Origin: an uncultured Actinomycetota bacterium
GTDB taxonomy: Bacteria; Actinomycetota; Actinomycetes; Mycobacteriales; Mycobacteriaceae
NCBI GenBank assembly: GCA_963735245.1
Contig: CAVTKI010000003.1
Span: 78,794-142,793, forward strand
Direction of reading: 5' to 3'
Length of the DNA: 64,000 nucleotides
A program made the position numbers and the translations under genes. This document shows, piece after piece, positions 22,076 through 32,250 of the stretch (position 1 is its first letter; each line of letters begins with the position of its first letter). The notes under the pieces were generated by a model. It was not told where the DNA came from. It searched no databases and saw nothing but the letters and a program-made list of their open reading frames with translations.

Positions 22076-23299
22076 GACGCCGGCTCTTGCCTCGACGCGG
22101 CGGGGTTCGCGGCAGGGACCAGCACGCCCGCCGGGTCGGGAAACCTGACGCCGACCTCGCTGCCGATGTCGAACTGGGCGTTGCCCGGCACGTCGACGTC
22201 GATCAACTGGTCGGGCAGCCCCGTGACCGACAGCACCAGGCGGGTGGTGGCACCGCGCCACACCGCCGCGTTGACCGTGGCGCGCACGGCCTCGCGGTCG
22301 CCGAGGGACACGACCCGCAGCGCGTGCGGCCGAATGCACAACAGCGCCTTGGACTCCGGCGCCCAGTCGATCCTGCCGACGGCGGGCTGCGGCGCCTCCG
22401 CGCTGACCGTCTTGGTCGAGAAGGAGACCAGCGCCGAGGTGCCGATGACGCGGCCGACCGTGCACGGGATCAGGTTCGCCCCGCCGAGGAACGCGGCGGT
22501 GAAGCTGGTCGGCGGCCGCTTCCACAGGTTCGCGGCGGTGTCGACGTCCATCAGCCTGGCGTTGTTCATCACCACGATCCGGTCGGCCAGGGCCAGCGCC
22601 TCGGTCTGATCGTGCGTGACGTACAGCATCGCGGTGTCGGGCAGGGCCTCCTTGAGCCGCTGCAGTTCCGCGAGCATCGACTGCCGCAGCTGGGCGTCGA
22701 GCGCCGCCAGCGGCTCGTCGAGCAGCAGCACCCTCGGCCGGATGGCCAACGCCCTCGCGATGGCGATGCGCTGCTGCTGCCCACCGGAAAGCTCACGCGG
22801 CAAACGCTTTCCGAAGTCCGACATCCCGACCATGTCGAGCGCCTCGGCGACGCGGACCGCCGTCTCGCTCCGCGGCACCCGCTGCGACTTCAGGCCGAAG
22901 GCGACGTTGTCGGCGACCCGCATGTGCGGGAACAGCGCGTAGGACTGCAGCACCACCCCGATGCCACGCTTGGCAGGCGGCAGGTCGGTGACGTCACGGC
23001 CTGCCAGCCGCACGCTGCCCGACGTGGGGCGCACGAAGCCGGCGAGCGCGTTGAGCGCGGTCGACTTGCCCGAACCGCTCGGCCCGAGCAGGGCGACCGT
23101 CTCGCCCGCCGCGACGCGCAGGTTGAAGTCGATCAGCGCATCGGTCGCCTTCTTGCCCCGCCCGTAGGACACCCCGACCCGATCGAAGGTGATTGCAGGC
23201 GCTTCGGTTTGGGCGGTCGCGGCTCGGTCGCGCTGCCGCCGTCGACGGGGCAACTCCCGGCCGCTCGCTCCTGCGCGACCGATCCCCGATCTCGGCCAT
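22072..23299 (-). CDS. phnT: ABC transporter ATP-binding protein (PhnT-like)
   Basis: GPSGSGKS, LSGGQQQR, LLLDEP, VTHDQ motifs; TOBE-like tail; N-terminal frameshift. Confidence 0.85.
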
Positions 23300-23301
23300 C
23301 G

Positions 23302-24348
23302 TCAGCTACCGGTCGCCTTCTGGTAGGCGGCGACGTCGGCGTCCAGGTCGGTCAGCACGCCGTTCCAGTCCGGCACCCACACGTCGACGCCCTTCAGCAC
23401 GCCCGCCGGGGTGTTGGGGCCCGCCGCTGCCTCCGAGGACGCGACGAGTGACTCGAGGACCGGGATGCCGAGCGCGTCGGGGGTCACCGTCTTCTGCACG
23501 TCCTCGGACACCAGGAACGCCAGGAGCTTCTTGGCGTCGTCGGCGTGCGGAGCGCCCTTCGTGACGCCCGCGACGTACGGCAGCGACACGGTGGTCTTCT
23601 TCCCGTCGGCGGCCGTGGGAATGAAGATGTTGAACTTCGACCCGTCGTCCTTGATCGAACCCAGGTTCATCTGCACGTCGCCGTTGGCCACCAGCAGTTC
23701 CCCGTTGCTGACCTTGGGCTGCAGCTTGCCGGTGGACGACGACGGGCCCACGTTGTTGGCCTGGAGCTTCGTCAGGTAGTCCAGCGCGCCCGGCTTGCCC
23801 ATCAGGTGCTGCAGCAGGACGAGCACCGCGGTGCCGTCTCCTGCCTGCCCCGGCGTCGAGTACTGCAGCTTGCCCTTGTATTCGGGCTTGAGCAGGTCGT
23901 CCCAGGTGACCGGCTGCGGGTTGACGCCCGGATTGACGATGAAGCTCAGGGTGTTGTCGACGATCGGCAGGTAGTTTCCACCGGGGCCGACCTGGCCGGC
24001 GGCGATGCCCTTGGTGTCCACGCCGCCTGCCTGCAGCAGACCGGACTGGTCGGCCTTCTGGATGAACGGCGGCAGGGTCACCAGGAGGTCGGCCTGCGGG
24101 TTGGACTGTTCCTTCTCGACGCGCGACACCACCTCACCGGAGCCGGCCTCGACGAGGTTGACCTTGATGCCGGTGTCCTTGGTGAACTTGTCGAACTGGC
24201 CCTTGTACCAGGTCGCGAGTCCGTCGGCGCTGTAGACGGTCAGCGTTTCACCGCCGCCGGAGCCCGACGAGCCGGTGCCGCCACAGGCGGTCATGGTGAC
24301 GGCGATGGCAGCAGCCGAGATCGCCGCCAGTGTCGTGCGGAGTTTCAT
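23302..24348 (-). CDS. phnS: 2-aminoethylphosphonate ABC substrate-binding lipoprotein (PhnS-like)
   Basis: Lipobox TACG; YSADGL, TLPPFIQ, STPGQAGDG, NGDVQMN motifs. Confidence 0.85.
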   Translation of the reverse strand: MKLRTTLAAISAAAIAVTMTACGGTGSSGSGGGETLTVYSADGLATWYKGQFDKFTKDTGIKVNLVEAGSGEVVSRVEKEQSNPQADLLVTLPPFIQKADQSGLLQAGGVDTKGIAAGQVGPGGNYLPIVDNTLSFIVNPGVNPQPVTWDDLLKPEYKGKLQYSTPGQAGDGTAVLVLLQHLMGKPGALDYLTKLQANNVGPSSSTGKLQPKVSNGELLVANGDVQMNLGSIKDDGSKFNIFIPTAADGKKTTVSLPYVAGVTKGAPHADDAKKLLAFLVSEDVQKTVTPDALGIPVLESLVASSEAAAGPNTPAGVLKGVDVWVPDWNGVLTDLDADVAAYQKATGS

Positions 24349-24351
24349 GTG

Positions 24352-25050
24352 TCAGCCCTTCGGTTGGCGGTTGGTCAGGATCAGGTCGGCGAACTCGGTG
24401 ACGCTGGGCACGACGTGGGTGGCGCCCGCATCGCGAAGTTGGCGCTCGTCGTGAGCGCCGGTGAGAGTGCCTGCGGCGATGGCACATCCGGCTCGCAGCG
24501 CACTGTCGACGTCGCTGCTGGTGTCGCCGAGCGCGGCGACGCGCGACACCGAGTCGACCTGCAGCCGGATCAGCGCGGTGAGGATGAGGTCGGGGTACGG
24601 GCGGCCGCGCACCCCGTCGCCGGGGGCCAGCACCAGATCGGCCATGGACTGCCAGCCCAGCGCCGCGAGCAGCTTCTCCTGGGTGGTGCCGCTGAACCCC
24701 GTGGTGAGCGCGACCTTCACGCCTGCGTCGCGCAGCCGGGTGATGGCCTCGGCCGCGCCGTCGATGGGCTTGGCGCGACCGTTGTCGATCTCGGCCTCGT
24801 ACGCGCCCTCGAACGCCGCGTTCGCGCGCTGCGCGAGTTCCTCGGTGCCGAACAGTGCCCGGAAGACCGTGATCTTCGACTGGCCCATGGTGTCGAGGAC
24901 GTACTGCCTGGCGTGCTCACGCTCGGCGCCGGTCTCGGGCAGGCCCGCCGCCGTCGCGGCGGCCTCGAACGAGCTGACCACCAGGCCGTCGTCGGCCACG
25001 GTGGTGCCTGCCATGTCGACCACGGCGAGTTGGATGTCGTTGTCGGTCAA
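24352..25050 (-). CDS. Phosphonatase-like HAD hydrolase
   Basis: DMAGTTV motif I, MGQSK, TTGF, GRPYPD, GDTSSD; TTG start with GAGGA RBS. Confidence 0.85.
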   Translation of the reverse strand: MTDNDIQLAVVDMAGTTVADDGLVVSSFEAAATAAGLPETGAEREHARQYVLDTMGQSKITVFRALFGTEELAQRANAAFEGAYEAEIDNGRAKPIDGAAEAITRLRDAGVKVALTTGFSGTTQEKLLAALGWQSMADLVLAPGDGVRGRPYPDLILTALIRLQVDSVSRVAALGDTSSDVDSALRAGCAIAAGTLTGAHDERQLRDAGATHVVPSVTEFADLILTNRQPKG

Positions 25051-25061
25051 TGCAATTCCTC

Positions 25062-26178
25062 TCACAGCTCGATCAGTTCGGCGGTCTGTTCGGCGATGGC
25101 CGGGCCCAGCGTCATGCCACGTCCACCTGGGCCGGTGATCACCCACACCCCGTCGCCTGCCGCCGTCCGGCACACCAGTCGGTCCGGATCGACGCACTGG
25201 CTGTAGACCCCCGCCCAGCGCCGGCGCACGGCGGGCAGCGGACGTCCCAGGAATTCCTCGACGACCGCGGCGAGGTGGCCGTACGGCGCCTCGTCCACGT
25301 CGAAGGGGAACGGTTCGTCGTACTCGTGGGTGTCGCCGATGGTGAGCCCGCCGTGCAGGCGTTGCACGCAGAGCAGCTGCATGCGGTGCGCACCGGCCAC
25401 GGCGTCCTGAGGTTCGTTGTCCCGCAACTCATCCAGTGCGGTGCCCGCGAATGCCGGGTAGTAGCGGAAGCTGTCGCCGTCGGCGATCGCCGTGGTGAGC
25501 GGCTCGTCGAGCGGCTCGGTCTGCATCATCTGCAGGCGCACCCGCCGCACGGGCAGGTCACCAGCGATCTCGCGGGCCAGGCCCCCGTGGGCGGCGCCGG
25601 GGCACACCAGCACGACGTCGCTGTCGTAGCGGCGCTCGCGGTCGTCCCGCACCACCCCGCCGTCGACGGACCGTGCCTCGGTACCCGCCATGAACTCATA
25701 CCTGCCGGTGGCGGCGAGGTGCGCGCGGATGGCGGGCATGGCCTGTCGGGATTCCACCGCGGCGTCGCGCGAACAGTGCAGTCCGGCAAGGAACTTGCCC
25801 CGCAGTGCGGGGTTGAGTTGGCGGACGCGATCGGGCTCGAGGAGCTCGAATCCCCGCCTGTCCGCGTCGGGGCGCGCGACGACCTGTTCGGCGACCGCGA
25901 CCTCGCGCGGCGTGCGCAACAAGCGTCAGCGATCCGGCGGGCCGGAACCCGACACCGGGGATGCCGGCGCCGATCCGTTCCCACAGTTCCCGCGACCGCA
26001 GTGTCGCGTCGAGCTCGTAGTCGGCGCGACCCGAAACCCACACCAGCCCGAAGTTCCGCACGGTGGCGCCGCGCGCCTCGACCTCGCGCTCGAGTTGGAC
26101 GACGTGGTGGCCGCGCTGGACCGCTTCCAGCGCGTGGGCGGTACCGATGATGCCCCCGCCGATGATCGTCACACGCAT
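25062..26178 (-). CDS. FAD-dependent oxidoreductase (TIGR03364-type, phosphonate-cluster associated), frameshift near 25920
   Basis: IIGGGIIG Rossmann motif, GATVRNFG, GDTHEY, GGRGMT. Confidence 0.88.
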
Positions 26179-26252
26179 GTTCAGTGACCTTTCAGACTCA
26201 TGAATACGACCCGCAGAAGCTGCGGTGATGCCTACCGGAACAGCAGGTTAAC

Positions 26253-26270
26253 AATTGGTATAGACCAATT
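26253..26270. promoter_or_regulatory. PhnF/HutC-family operator
   Basis: Near-palindrome AATTGGTATAGACCAATT containing TGGTATAGACCA, between the divergent phn operon and HD-GntR genes. Confidence 0.8.
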
Positions 26271-26287
26271 GCCGGTATGCTGCAACC

Positions 26288-26837
26288 GTGACCGTGCTGG
26301 AGGAAACCGCTGCGCTGCTGCGCTCACTTCGCGACGTCTGGGACGAGGAGGCCGTCGACGAACTCGACCACGCGCTCCAATCCGCGGCCCGCGCCATCGA
26401 CGACGGAGCCGACGACGAACTGGTGCTCGCCGCGGCACTGCACGACGTTGCCCACAGCCCGATGTTCGACACGGCGGCGGCCTTCGAGCACGACGCGGCC
26501 GCCGAGAACTGGCTGGCGCCGCGGTTCGGCGAGCGGGTCGGCTGGCTGGCGGGGCGGCACGTGGCCGCCAAGCGCTACCTGGTCGCCACCGAGCCCGGCT
26601 ACGGGTCGACACTGACGCCGACGTCGGTGTCGTCCCTCGATGCGCAGGGCGGCGCCGGTGTGGATGCCGCCCTGGTGGCGCACCCCTGGTGGCCCGACGC
26701 GCTCCGGCTCCGACGCTACGACGACGCCGCCAAGGATCCCGAGGCCGGCCCCAACGGCAGGGCTGCGACAATCGAGGACGTGCTGACCATCGCGGAACGG
26801 GTTATGCGGCAACAGGAATCGCCGGGAATCATCGTGA
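26288..26837 (+). CDS. HD-domain protein (PhnZ-like); reads in frame into the GntR gene as sequenced
   Basis: HALQSA, AALHDVAH, HVAAKRYL, SLDAQGG, LRRYDDAAK. Confidence 0.8.
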
Positions 26838-27529
26838 GCAAGCCGCACGCGATCCGCACCGCACTCGACGAGATCCTCGACGGACTCATCGAGGGCGACG
26901 CGTTCCCGCCAGAGCGTGAACTGGCCACCCGGTTCGGCGTCGCACGCGAGACCGTCCGGCAGGCCCTGCACGAGTTGCTGGTCGAGGGCCGGATCGAACG
27001 CCGCGGCCGTGGCACGGTGGTTTCGAAACCCAAACTCGTTCAACCGCTTTCGCTGCGGTCCTACACCGAGGGTGCGCTGCGGATGGGGCGCAAACCCGGC
27101 AGGCTCCTGATCACCTGGGAGGACGTCGAGGCGACGACGGACCTGGCCGCCGCACTCGGCGTGCCCGACGGCGACGCCGTCATGCACCTCGAGCGCGTGC
27201 TGCTCGCCGACGGACAACGGATCGGGTTGGAGAGCACGTATCTGCCCAGACACCGCTTCGGGCAGTTCACCGAGACGTTCGACCCGACGACGTCGCTCTA
27301 CGCCGCGATCCGCGCGACGGGGGTCCAATTCGGCTCGGCGAGTGAGCGCGTCGAGACGGTGCTCGCCTCGCCACGGGAGGCGGGTCTGCTCGAGTCGACG
27401 ACCGCCATGCCGATGCTGCGGCTCAACCGCAGGTCACTCGACACCGACGGCCGGCCCATCGAGGTGGTCCGGTCGCTGTACCGCGGTGACCGCGTCGCGT
27501 TCGAGGCAATCCTCACCGACCGCGACTGA
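26834..27529 (+). CDS. GntR/HutC (UTRA) regulator, PhnF/PhnR-like
   Basis: FPPERELATRFGVARETVRQAL wHTH plus UTRA domain ending SLYRGDR. Confidence 0.85.
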   Translation: MSKPHAIRTALDEILDGLIEGDAFPPERELATRFGVARETVRQALHELLVEGRIERRGRGTVVSKPKLVQPLSLRSYTEGALRMGRKPGRLLITWEDVEATTDLAAALGVPDGDAVMHLERVLLADGQRIGLESTYLPRHRFGQFTETFDPTTSLYAAIRATGVQFGSASERVETVLASPREAGLLESTTAMPMLRLNRRSLDTDGRPIEVVRSLYRGDRVAFEAILTDRD

Positions 27530-27547
27530 GAGTCCTGCTGCGCACGC

Positions 27548-28612
27548 TCAGGCAGACGGAATCGGCCGACGCCTGAAGCCGTCGCCGCCGACGGTCGTCG
27601 GCCGCCGCTCGGCGTTGGCCTCGTGCGGCTGCCCAAGCGGGATCCGACTGACCCGGTCGAGTTCGTCGTAGGTCTCGGCGTCGACGACCAGGTCGAGCGC
27701 CTTGACGTACTCGTCGACCTGCTCGACGGTCCGGGGGCCGATGATCGGCACGATGCCCGTCGGTGATCGCCTGGCGCGTTCCAGCAACCACGCCACCGCG
27801 ACCCGTGCGGGTGGCACCCCGAGGCCGTCGGCAGCGGTGAGCACGGCGTCGACCGTCGCCGCCTTGATCGGATCGTCCTCGGCGTGCACCAGCCGATTCC
27901 ATTCGGTCAGTCTGCCTTCGTCGCTCTTTCGGTACTTGCCCGTGAGCAGTCCACCGCCAAGCGGCGACCACAGTGCCGCACCGATCCCGAGCGCCTCGGC
28001 CATCGGAAGGTTCTCCCGCTCGCCGCTGCGCTCGACGAGGCTGTACTCGAACTGCACGGCGGAGATCGGCGCCCAACCCCGCACCTCGGCCAGCGTGACG
28101 CCGCGGGAGGTCATCCAGGCCGGGAAGTTCGACAACCCGGCGTAGAGGATCTTGCCCGAGCTCGCGAGGTCGTCGAACGCGTGCAGGATCTCCTCGATCG
28201 GGGTGACGAAGTCCGGGAAGTGCACCCACAGCATGTCGAGGTAGTCGGTGTCCAGGCGACGCAGACTCTCCTCGACCGAGCGCAACATCGCCCGCCTGCC
28301 GTTCCCGGTGCGCAGCACGCCGCTGCCGTCCTGCGTGCCGCCGATGGCGAACTTGGTGGCCACGGTGAACTCGTCCCTGCGGCCGGCCAGGATGCCGCCG
28401 AGGATCTCCTCGGACGCGCCGACCTGGTAGCTCGCGGCCGTGTCGATGAACGTTCCGCCTGCCTCGGCGAAGCGGTCGAGCATCGCGCGGGCGACCTCGG
28501 GTTCCGCCCCGTAGCCCCATCGGGTGCCGAAGTTGCCTGCGCCGAGCGCCAGTGCCGACACGCGCATGCCGTTGTTGCGGCCGAAGGTGAAGTGTTCCAT
28601 GCCCATGCTCAA
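27548..28612 (-). CDS. Aldo/keto reductase
   Basis: IDTAASY, ATKF, SLRRLDTDYLD, GLSNF, WSPLGGGLLTGKY. Confidence 0.92.
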   Translation of the reverse strand: MSMGMEHFTFGRNNGMRVSALALGAGNFGTRWGYGAEPEVARAMLDRFAEAGGTFIDTAASYQVGASEEILGGILAGRRDEFTVATKFAIGGTQDGSGVLRTGNGRRAMLRSVEESLRRLDTDYLDMLWVHFPDFVTPIEEILHAFDDLASSGKILYAGLSNFPAWMTSRGVTLAEVRGWAPISAVQFEYSLVERSGERENLPMAEALGIGAALWSPLGGGLLTGKYRKSDEGRLTEWNRLVHAEDDPIKAATVDAVLTAADGLGVPPARVAVAWLLERARRSPTGIVPIIGPRTVEQVDEYVKALDLVVDAETYDELDRVSRIPLGQPHEANAERRPTTVGGDGFRRRPIPSA

Positions 28613-28663
28613 GGCGATACCTCCTGGGTTTATTTCACAATACTCAGATGTATGTGCACGTCA

Positions 28664-29968
28664 TCAAGATCGCTCGAAGACGACGCTGCCCTCGATGATC
28701 GTGGCGGCGACCATGTCCGCGTCCAGCTCGTGCAGCAGTTCGTCGGGCGCGGCGCCGGTCACGCACAGGTTCGCGGGCGCGCCGGGCGCGACGGTGCGCG
28801 TTTCCGTCGGCCGATCGGCCTCACCGAGGAACATCAGCAGCGCGGTGCGGGCGTCGATGCGTTCGGCGGGTCCGAGGACCGCTCCCGCCGCGGTGGTGCG
28901 ACGCACCGCGGCACGCATCGCCGCCCACGGGTCGGCATCGCCGAACGGCATGTCGGTGGACAACACGACCCTGACGTCGGCGGCCAGCAGCGATGCCACG
29001 CGCCACAGCTGGTGGTGCTCGTCGGCGGGTACGTCGGCGAGGTACTGGTCTCCGCGCTCGGCGACGAAGTTCGGTTGCGTGACGACCAGCACGCCGAGCC
29101 GGGCCAGGTCGGCAACGCAGTCGTCGGGCACGACGGCGGCATGCTCGATGCGGTCCCCCGGCCGCGTACCCGCCGAGTCGAATGCGGCGATGGTGACGAC
29201 GAGCTGGGCGGCGGTGACGCAGTGCACGGCGACCACTCCGTCCGCGTCGTGACGTCGGGCGATCCACGCGGTCAGCTCGGCGAGGTCGAGCGCGTCGTCG
29301 TGCAGGATCCGCTTGCCCGGCGCCAGGCACGTGACCGATTGCAGAAGGTCCCCGCGACGGTGCGCCTCGGCGAACTTGACCACGTCGTCCACGCCGAGAC
29401 CGGGGGTGGCCTCGGTGACGCCCGTGACGCCGTAGGACGCCAGCCGTCGACTGACCTCGGCGAGCCCGATTTCGCGGCGCTGCAAGGCGTTCGACCAGTT
29501 CGGGTCGGCGCTGGGCAGCCGGCCGTCGGGGTGGTCGGGCAGCCCGACCCTGGCCAGTCCCGACGAGTTGAGCGTCCACAGGATCCCACTGCGGTGCTGC
29601 ACCCGCACCGGCGTGGCGGGCGACACCCCGTCGAGCACCGTGCGGTCCAGCGGCCCCGCGACGGCTTCGTGGTAACCCACGGCCCTGATCCAGCCGTCCT
29701 CGCCGACGGCGGCCTCGGACAGCACGCGGGCCAGGTCGGCACGGCCGTGCACCTCGTGCGGTCCCACGGACACCGACGTCAGCGCCGCGGCCGCGGAGTG
29801 CAGGTGGACGTGGTGATCGTGCAGGCCGGGGATGACGGCGTGCCCGCCCGCGTCGAACACCGCCTCGCCCGCGACGGGGGCGAGGCGTTCCGCCACGTCG
29901 ACGATTCGCTGCTCGGCACGGATGTCGACCACCGTGCCGTCCAGCAGGCGTGCACGCTGAATCAGCAT
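28664..29968 (-). CDS. Amidohydrolase family protein
   Basis: PGLHDHHVH metal motif, RIEHAA, STDMPFG. Confidence 0.85.
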   Translation of the reverse strand: MLIQRARLLDGTVVDIRAEQRIVDVAERLAPVAGEAVFDAGGHAVIPGLHDHHVHLHSAAAALTSVSVGPHEVHGRADLARVLSEAAVGEDGWIRAVGYHEAVAGPLDRTVLDGVSPATPVRVQHRSGILWTLNSSGLARVGLPDHPDGRLPSADPNWSNALQRREIGLAEVSRRLASYGVTGVTEATPGLGVDDVVKFAEAHRRGDLLQSVTCLAPGKRILHDDALDLAELTAWIARRHDADGVVAVHCVTAAQLVVTIAAFDSAGTRPGDRIEHAAVVPDDCVADLARLGVLVVTQPNFVAERGDQYLADVPADEHHQLWRVASLLAADVRVVLSTDMPFGDADPWAAMRAAVRRTTAAGAVLGPAERIDARTALLMFLGEADRPTETRTVAPGAPANLCVTGAAPDELLHELDADMVAATIIEGSVVFERS

Positions 29969-31158
29969 GGGGCGAACCTCCGTTCGGCGACCATCCGGTC
30001 CACCAGGGCGTTGTCGGCACCGAGCTCGGCGGCAGACGAGAGCACCACCGGCGGCGTGGGTGGCAGTGCGGCACAGTCGCTTTCGCTCGAGCGCTGCGGC
30101 AAGGCCGCATAACCGGCAGCGACGGCGGACATGGCGACGTCGATCAGTTCGCCGCCGCCGCGGGCCAACGCCTCGACCACCGCGGCCGCCGCTTCGAGGC
30201 CGGTGAGCGGATCGGCGATGGCGTCCGCGCAGAACACCGGACCATCGGCGCTGCGCCCGACCAGCCCACCCGCGACCGCGGCGTCGTCACCGAACGCGAC
30301 GAAGTCGGCGCCCGCACCGTCGGCGCCGTGGCCGGTGATCCGCAGCCACACCCGCCCGTCGCGGCCTGGCACGTCGTCGGGTCCGATGCGGCGGTGCGCC
30401 AGCGCGGCGGGACGCGACGAGGTGAGCACCACGTCGGCCGCCGCGAGCAGGGCACGCAGGGCGGAGAGGTCGTCGAAATCAGCTGCGTAGCAGAGCTTTC
30501 CGCCGTTCATCCAGTCGAAGAAGGAGCGCGGACCCGCACGGGTGCCGTCGGGCCGGGCCATGCTCTCGACCTTCACCACCGTGGCGCCCGCCCTGGCCAG
30601 GATCTGCCCGCACAGCGGCCCGGCCCACATCGAGGACATGTCGACGACCAGCAGGCCCGACGGCGGACGCGGCGAGGTCCCGGCACCGATCCGCCGCACC
30701 ACGGGACCGGCCGCAGGCGCCTCGCCGAGCACGGCCGTCGGCAAGCCAAGCAGGCGGGCGCGCCCGACGACCTCGTCGACCGGGCGGGTGGCGACCCACT
30801 TCTCGACCGCGTTCCACGTGCCGTCGCCCGCCACGTCGTCGCGTTCGATCAGGGCGGGTACGGCGTCGACGTCGTCGGCACGCGACAGCGTGACGGCGCA
30901 CCAGCCGTCGCGCGCGGGCAACAGTCGGGTGGCCCCACCCGGGGAGACTCGACCGCCGCGGCGCAGCCCGAGCTGAGCGGCCCGCCCGGCGAGCAGCGTG
31001 GCGGCGTCCAGGTCGACACCGATCCGAGCGCCGAGGTGGGCGGCGACTCTGCGCGCCTCGGCCAGCACCGCGGCGCGGGAGAAGTCGGGCGGACCGTCGG
31101 GCATGCCGGTCAGGAACGCCAACCCGGTCGCACCCCAATCCTGCGCCGCCGCGTCCAC
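29962..31158 (-). CDS. CaiB/BaiF family CoA transferase
   Basis: VVDMSSMWAGPLCG, VVKVES..RPDG, FGDDAA, ADPLTG. Confidence 0.85.
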   Translation of the reverse strand: MDAAAQDWGATGLAFLTGMPDGPPDFSRAAVLAEARRVAAHLGARIGVDLDAATLLAGRAAQLGLRRGGRVSPGGATRLLPARDGWCAVTLSRADDVDAVPALIERDDVAGDGTWNAVEKWVATRPVDEVVGRARLLGLPTAVLGEAPAAGPVVRRIGAGTSPRPPSGLLVVDMSSMWAGPLCGQILARAGATVVKVESMARPDGTRAGPRSFFDWMNGGKLCYAADFDDLSALRALLAAADVVLTSSRPAALAHRRIGPDDVPGRDGRVWLRITGHGADGAGADFVAFGDDAAVAGGLVGRSADGPVFCADAIADPLTGLEAAAAVVEALARGGGELIDVAMSAVAAGYAALPQRSSESDCAALPPTPPVVLSSAAELGADNALVDRMVAERRFAPC

Positions 31159-31205
31159 GGCCCCATTGTGTCGGAGCCGCCGCGGCGGCGACGTCGATCG
31201 GGCCG

Positions 31206-32201
31206 CTAGAACTGCAGGGCGGTGAATCTCCAGTCCAGCACCTGCCGGTCGGTGTCGTCGGCCGCGTACACCAGCGACCGGAGCTCCAGCGTCCCGCCGC
31301 GGCCGCCGGGCAGCGCCGTCGCCCGCTCGACGTGGATCTCGCTGTACAGCGTGTCGCCCTCGTGCACCGGTCCGGTGTGGTCACAGGACTTCCACCCGAG
31401 CACCGTCACCAGGTTCGGCAGGGCGCGGGTCGCCTGCGCGAGCGCCAGCCCGATGGTGTGGCCGCCGTACACCAGGCGCCGGCCGCCGACCCGCGAATCA
31501 TGGTGCGTCGCGGCGATGTTGAGGCTCAGCCTGGCCAGCTCCGGTGCGCTGCTGACCACGTCGCCGGTGCTGTGCAGCGTGGTGCCCGCGATCTCGGGAT
31601 CGAAGTGCGGGCCTGGTACGCGCTGCCGGAAGACCTCGGCATCCCAGTCGGCGGTGGGATCGGCCACCGGGGCCGGGTCGGACCCGATCGCCGAGAGGTC
31701 ATCCTGGTGTCCGGTGTCGGGCGCGCCGGGACCGAGCGGCAGCATCGCACAGCGGTAGAAGTCGAGGACCAGCCGGTCGGCCTGGTCGATGGTCGTCATG
31801 CGCAGGGCCGCCAGACCCGTGGGCTCCCGCCCCGGTTTGGCCGAGTTCTGTTTCAGGCCAACGACTTCCGTTCGGGTGTACAGGGTGTCGCCGATGATCG
31901 GGAAGCGGAAGTACGTCAGGCCGCGGTAGAACAGGTTGGCCTTGACGCGCTGGGTGGCCAGCGTGCTCTGCCCGATCGCCACGTCGGCGACCATCGCGGG
32001 GTGAGCCAACGCGGCCGACGCGCCGGTGACGGCGTGGGTCAGTGTCGCGTCCAGCGGCAGCCGCATCGAGTCGCCGAGGATCGACTGGTGCACCGCGGCC
32101 GTGCCAGGGGTCAGCGTCATCGACGGCGCCCAGTCGAACACCTGGCCATGGGTCAGATCGTCGAAGAAGGGGCCGCCGGGCCTTTGGCCGTACAAAGTCA
32201 C
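31206..32201 (-). CDS. Double hot-dog MaoC-like dehydratase (Rv0216-like)
   Basis: GPFFDDL, KANLFY, YGGHTIG, CDHTGPVHEGDTL; divergent from fadE3. Confidence 0.88.
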   Translation of the reverse strand: MTLYGQRPGGPFFDDLTHGQVFDWAPSMTLTPGTAAVHQSILGDSMRLPLDATLTHAVTGASAALAHPAMVADVAIGQSTLATQRVKANLFYRGLTYFRFPIIGDTLYTRTEVVGLKQNSAKPGREPTGLAALRMTTIDQADRLVLDFYRCAMLPLGPGAPDTGHQDDLSAIGSDPAPVADPTADWDAEVFRQRVPGPHFDPEIAGTTLHSTGDVVSSAPELARLSLNIAATHHDSRVGGRRLVYGGHTIGLALAQATRALPNLVTVLGWKSCDHTGPVHEGDTLYSEIHVERATALPGGRGGTLELRSLVYAADDTDRQVLDWRFTALQF

Positions 32202-32250
32202 AGCTTCACATGCTGGCAGTATCGCGTTCTTGGTGTCAATATGGCCGTAC

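Noticed and set aside
20878-23451. 857-aa plus-strand ORF and similar long ORFs (27884..30112, 23545..25206, 48133..49860, 61407..63392, 54447..56519)
   Set aside because: Antisense shadows of real genes in high-GC DNA; no recognisable motifs
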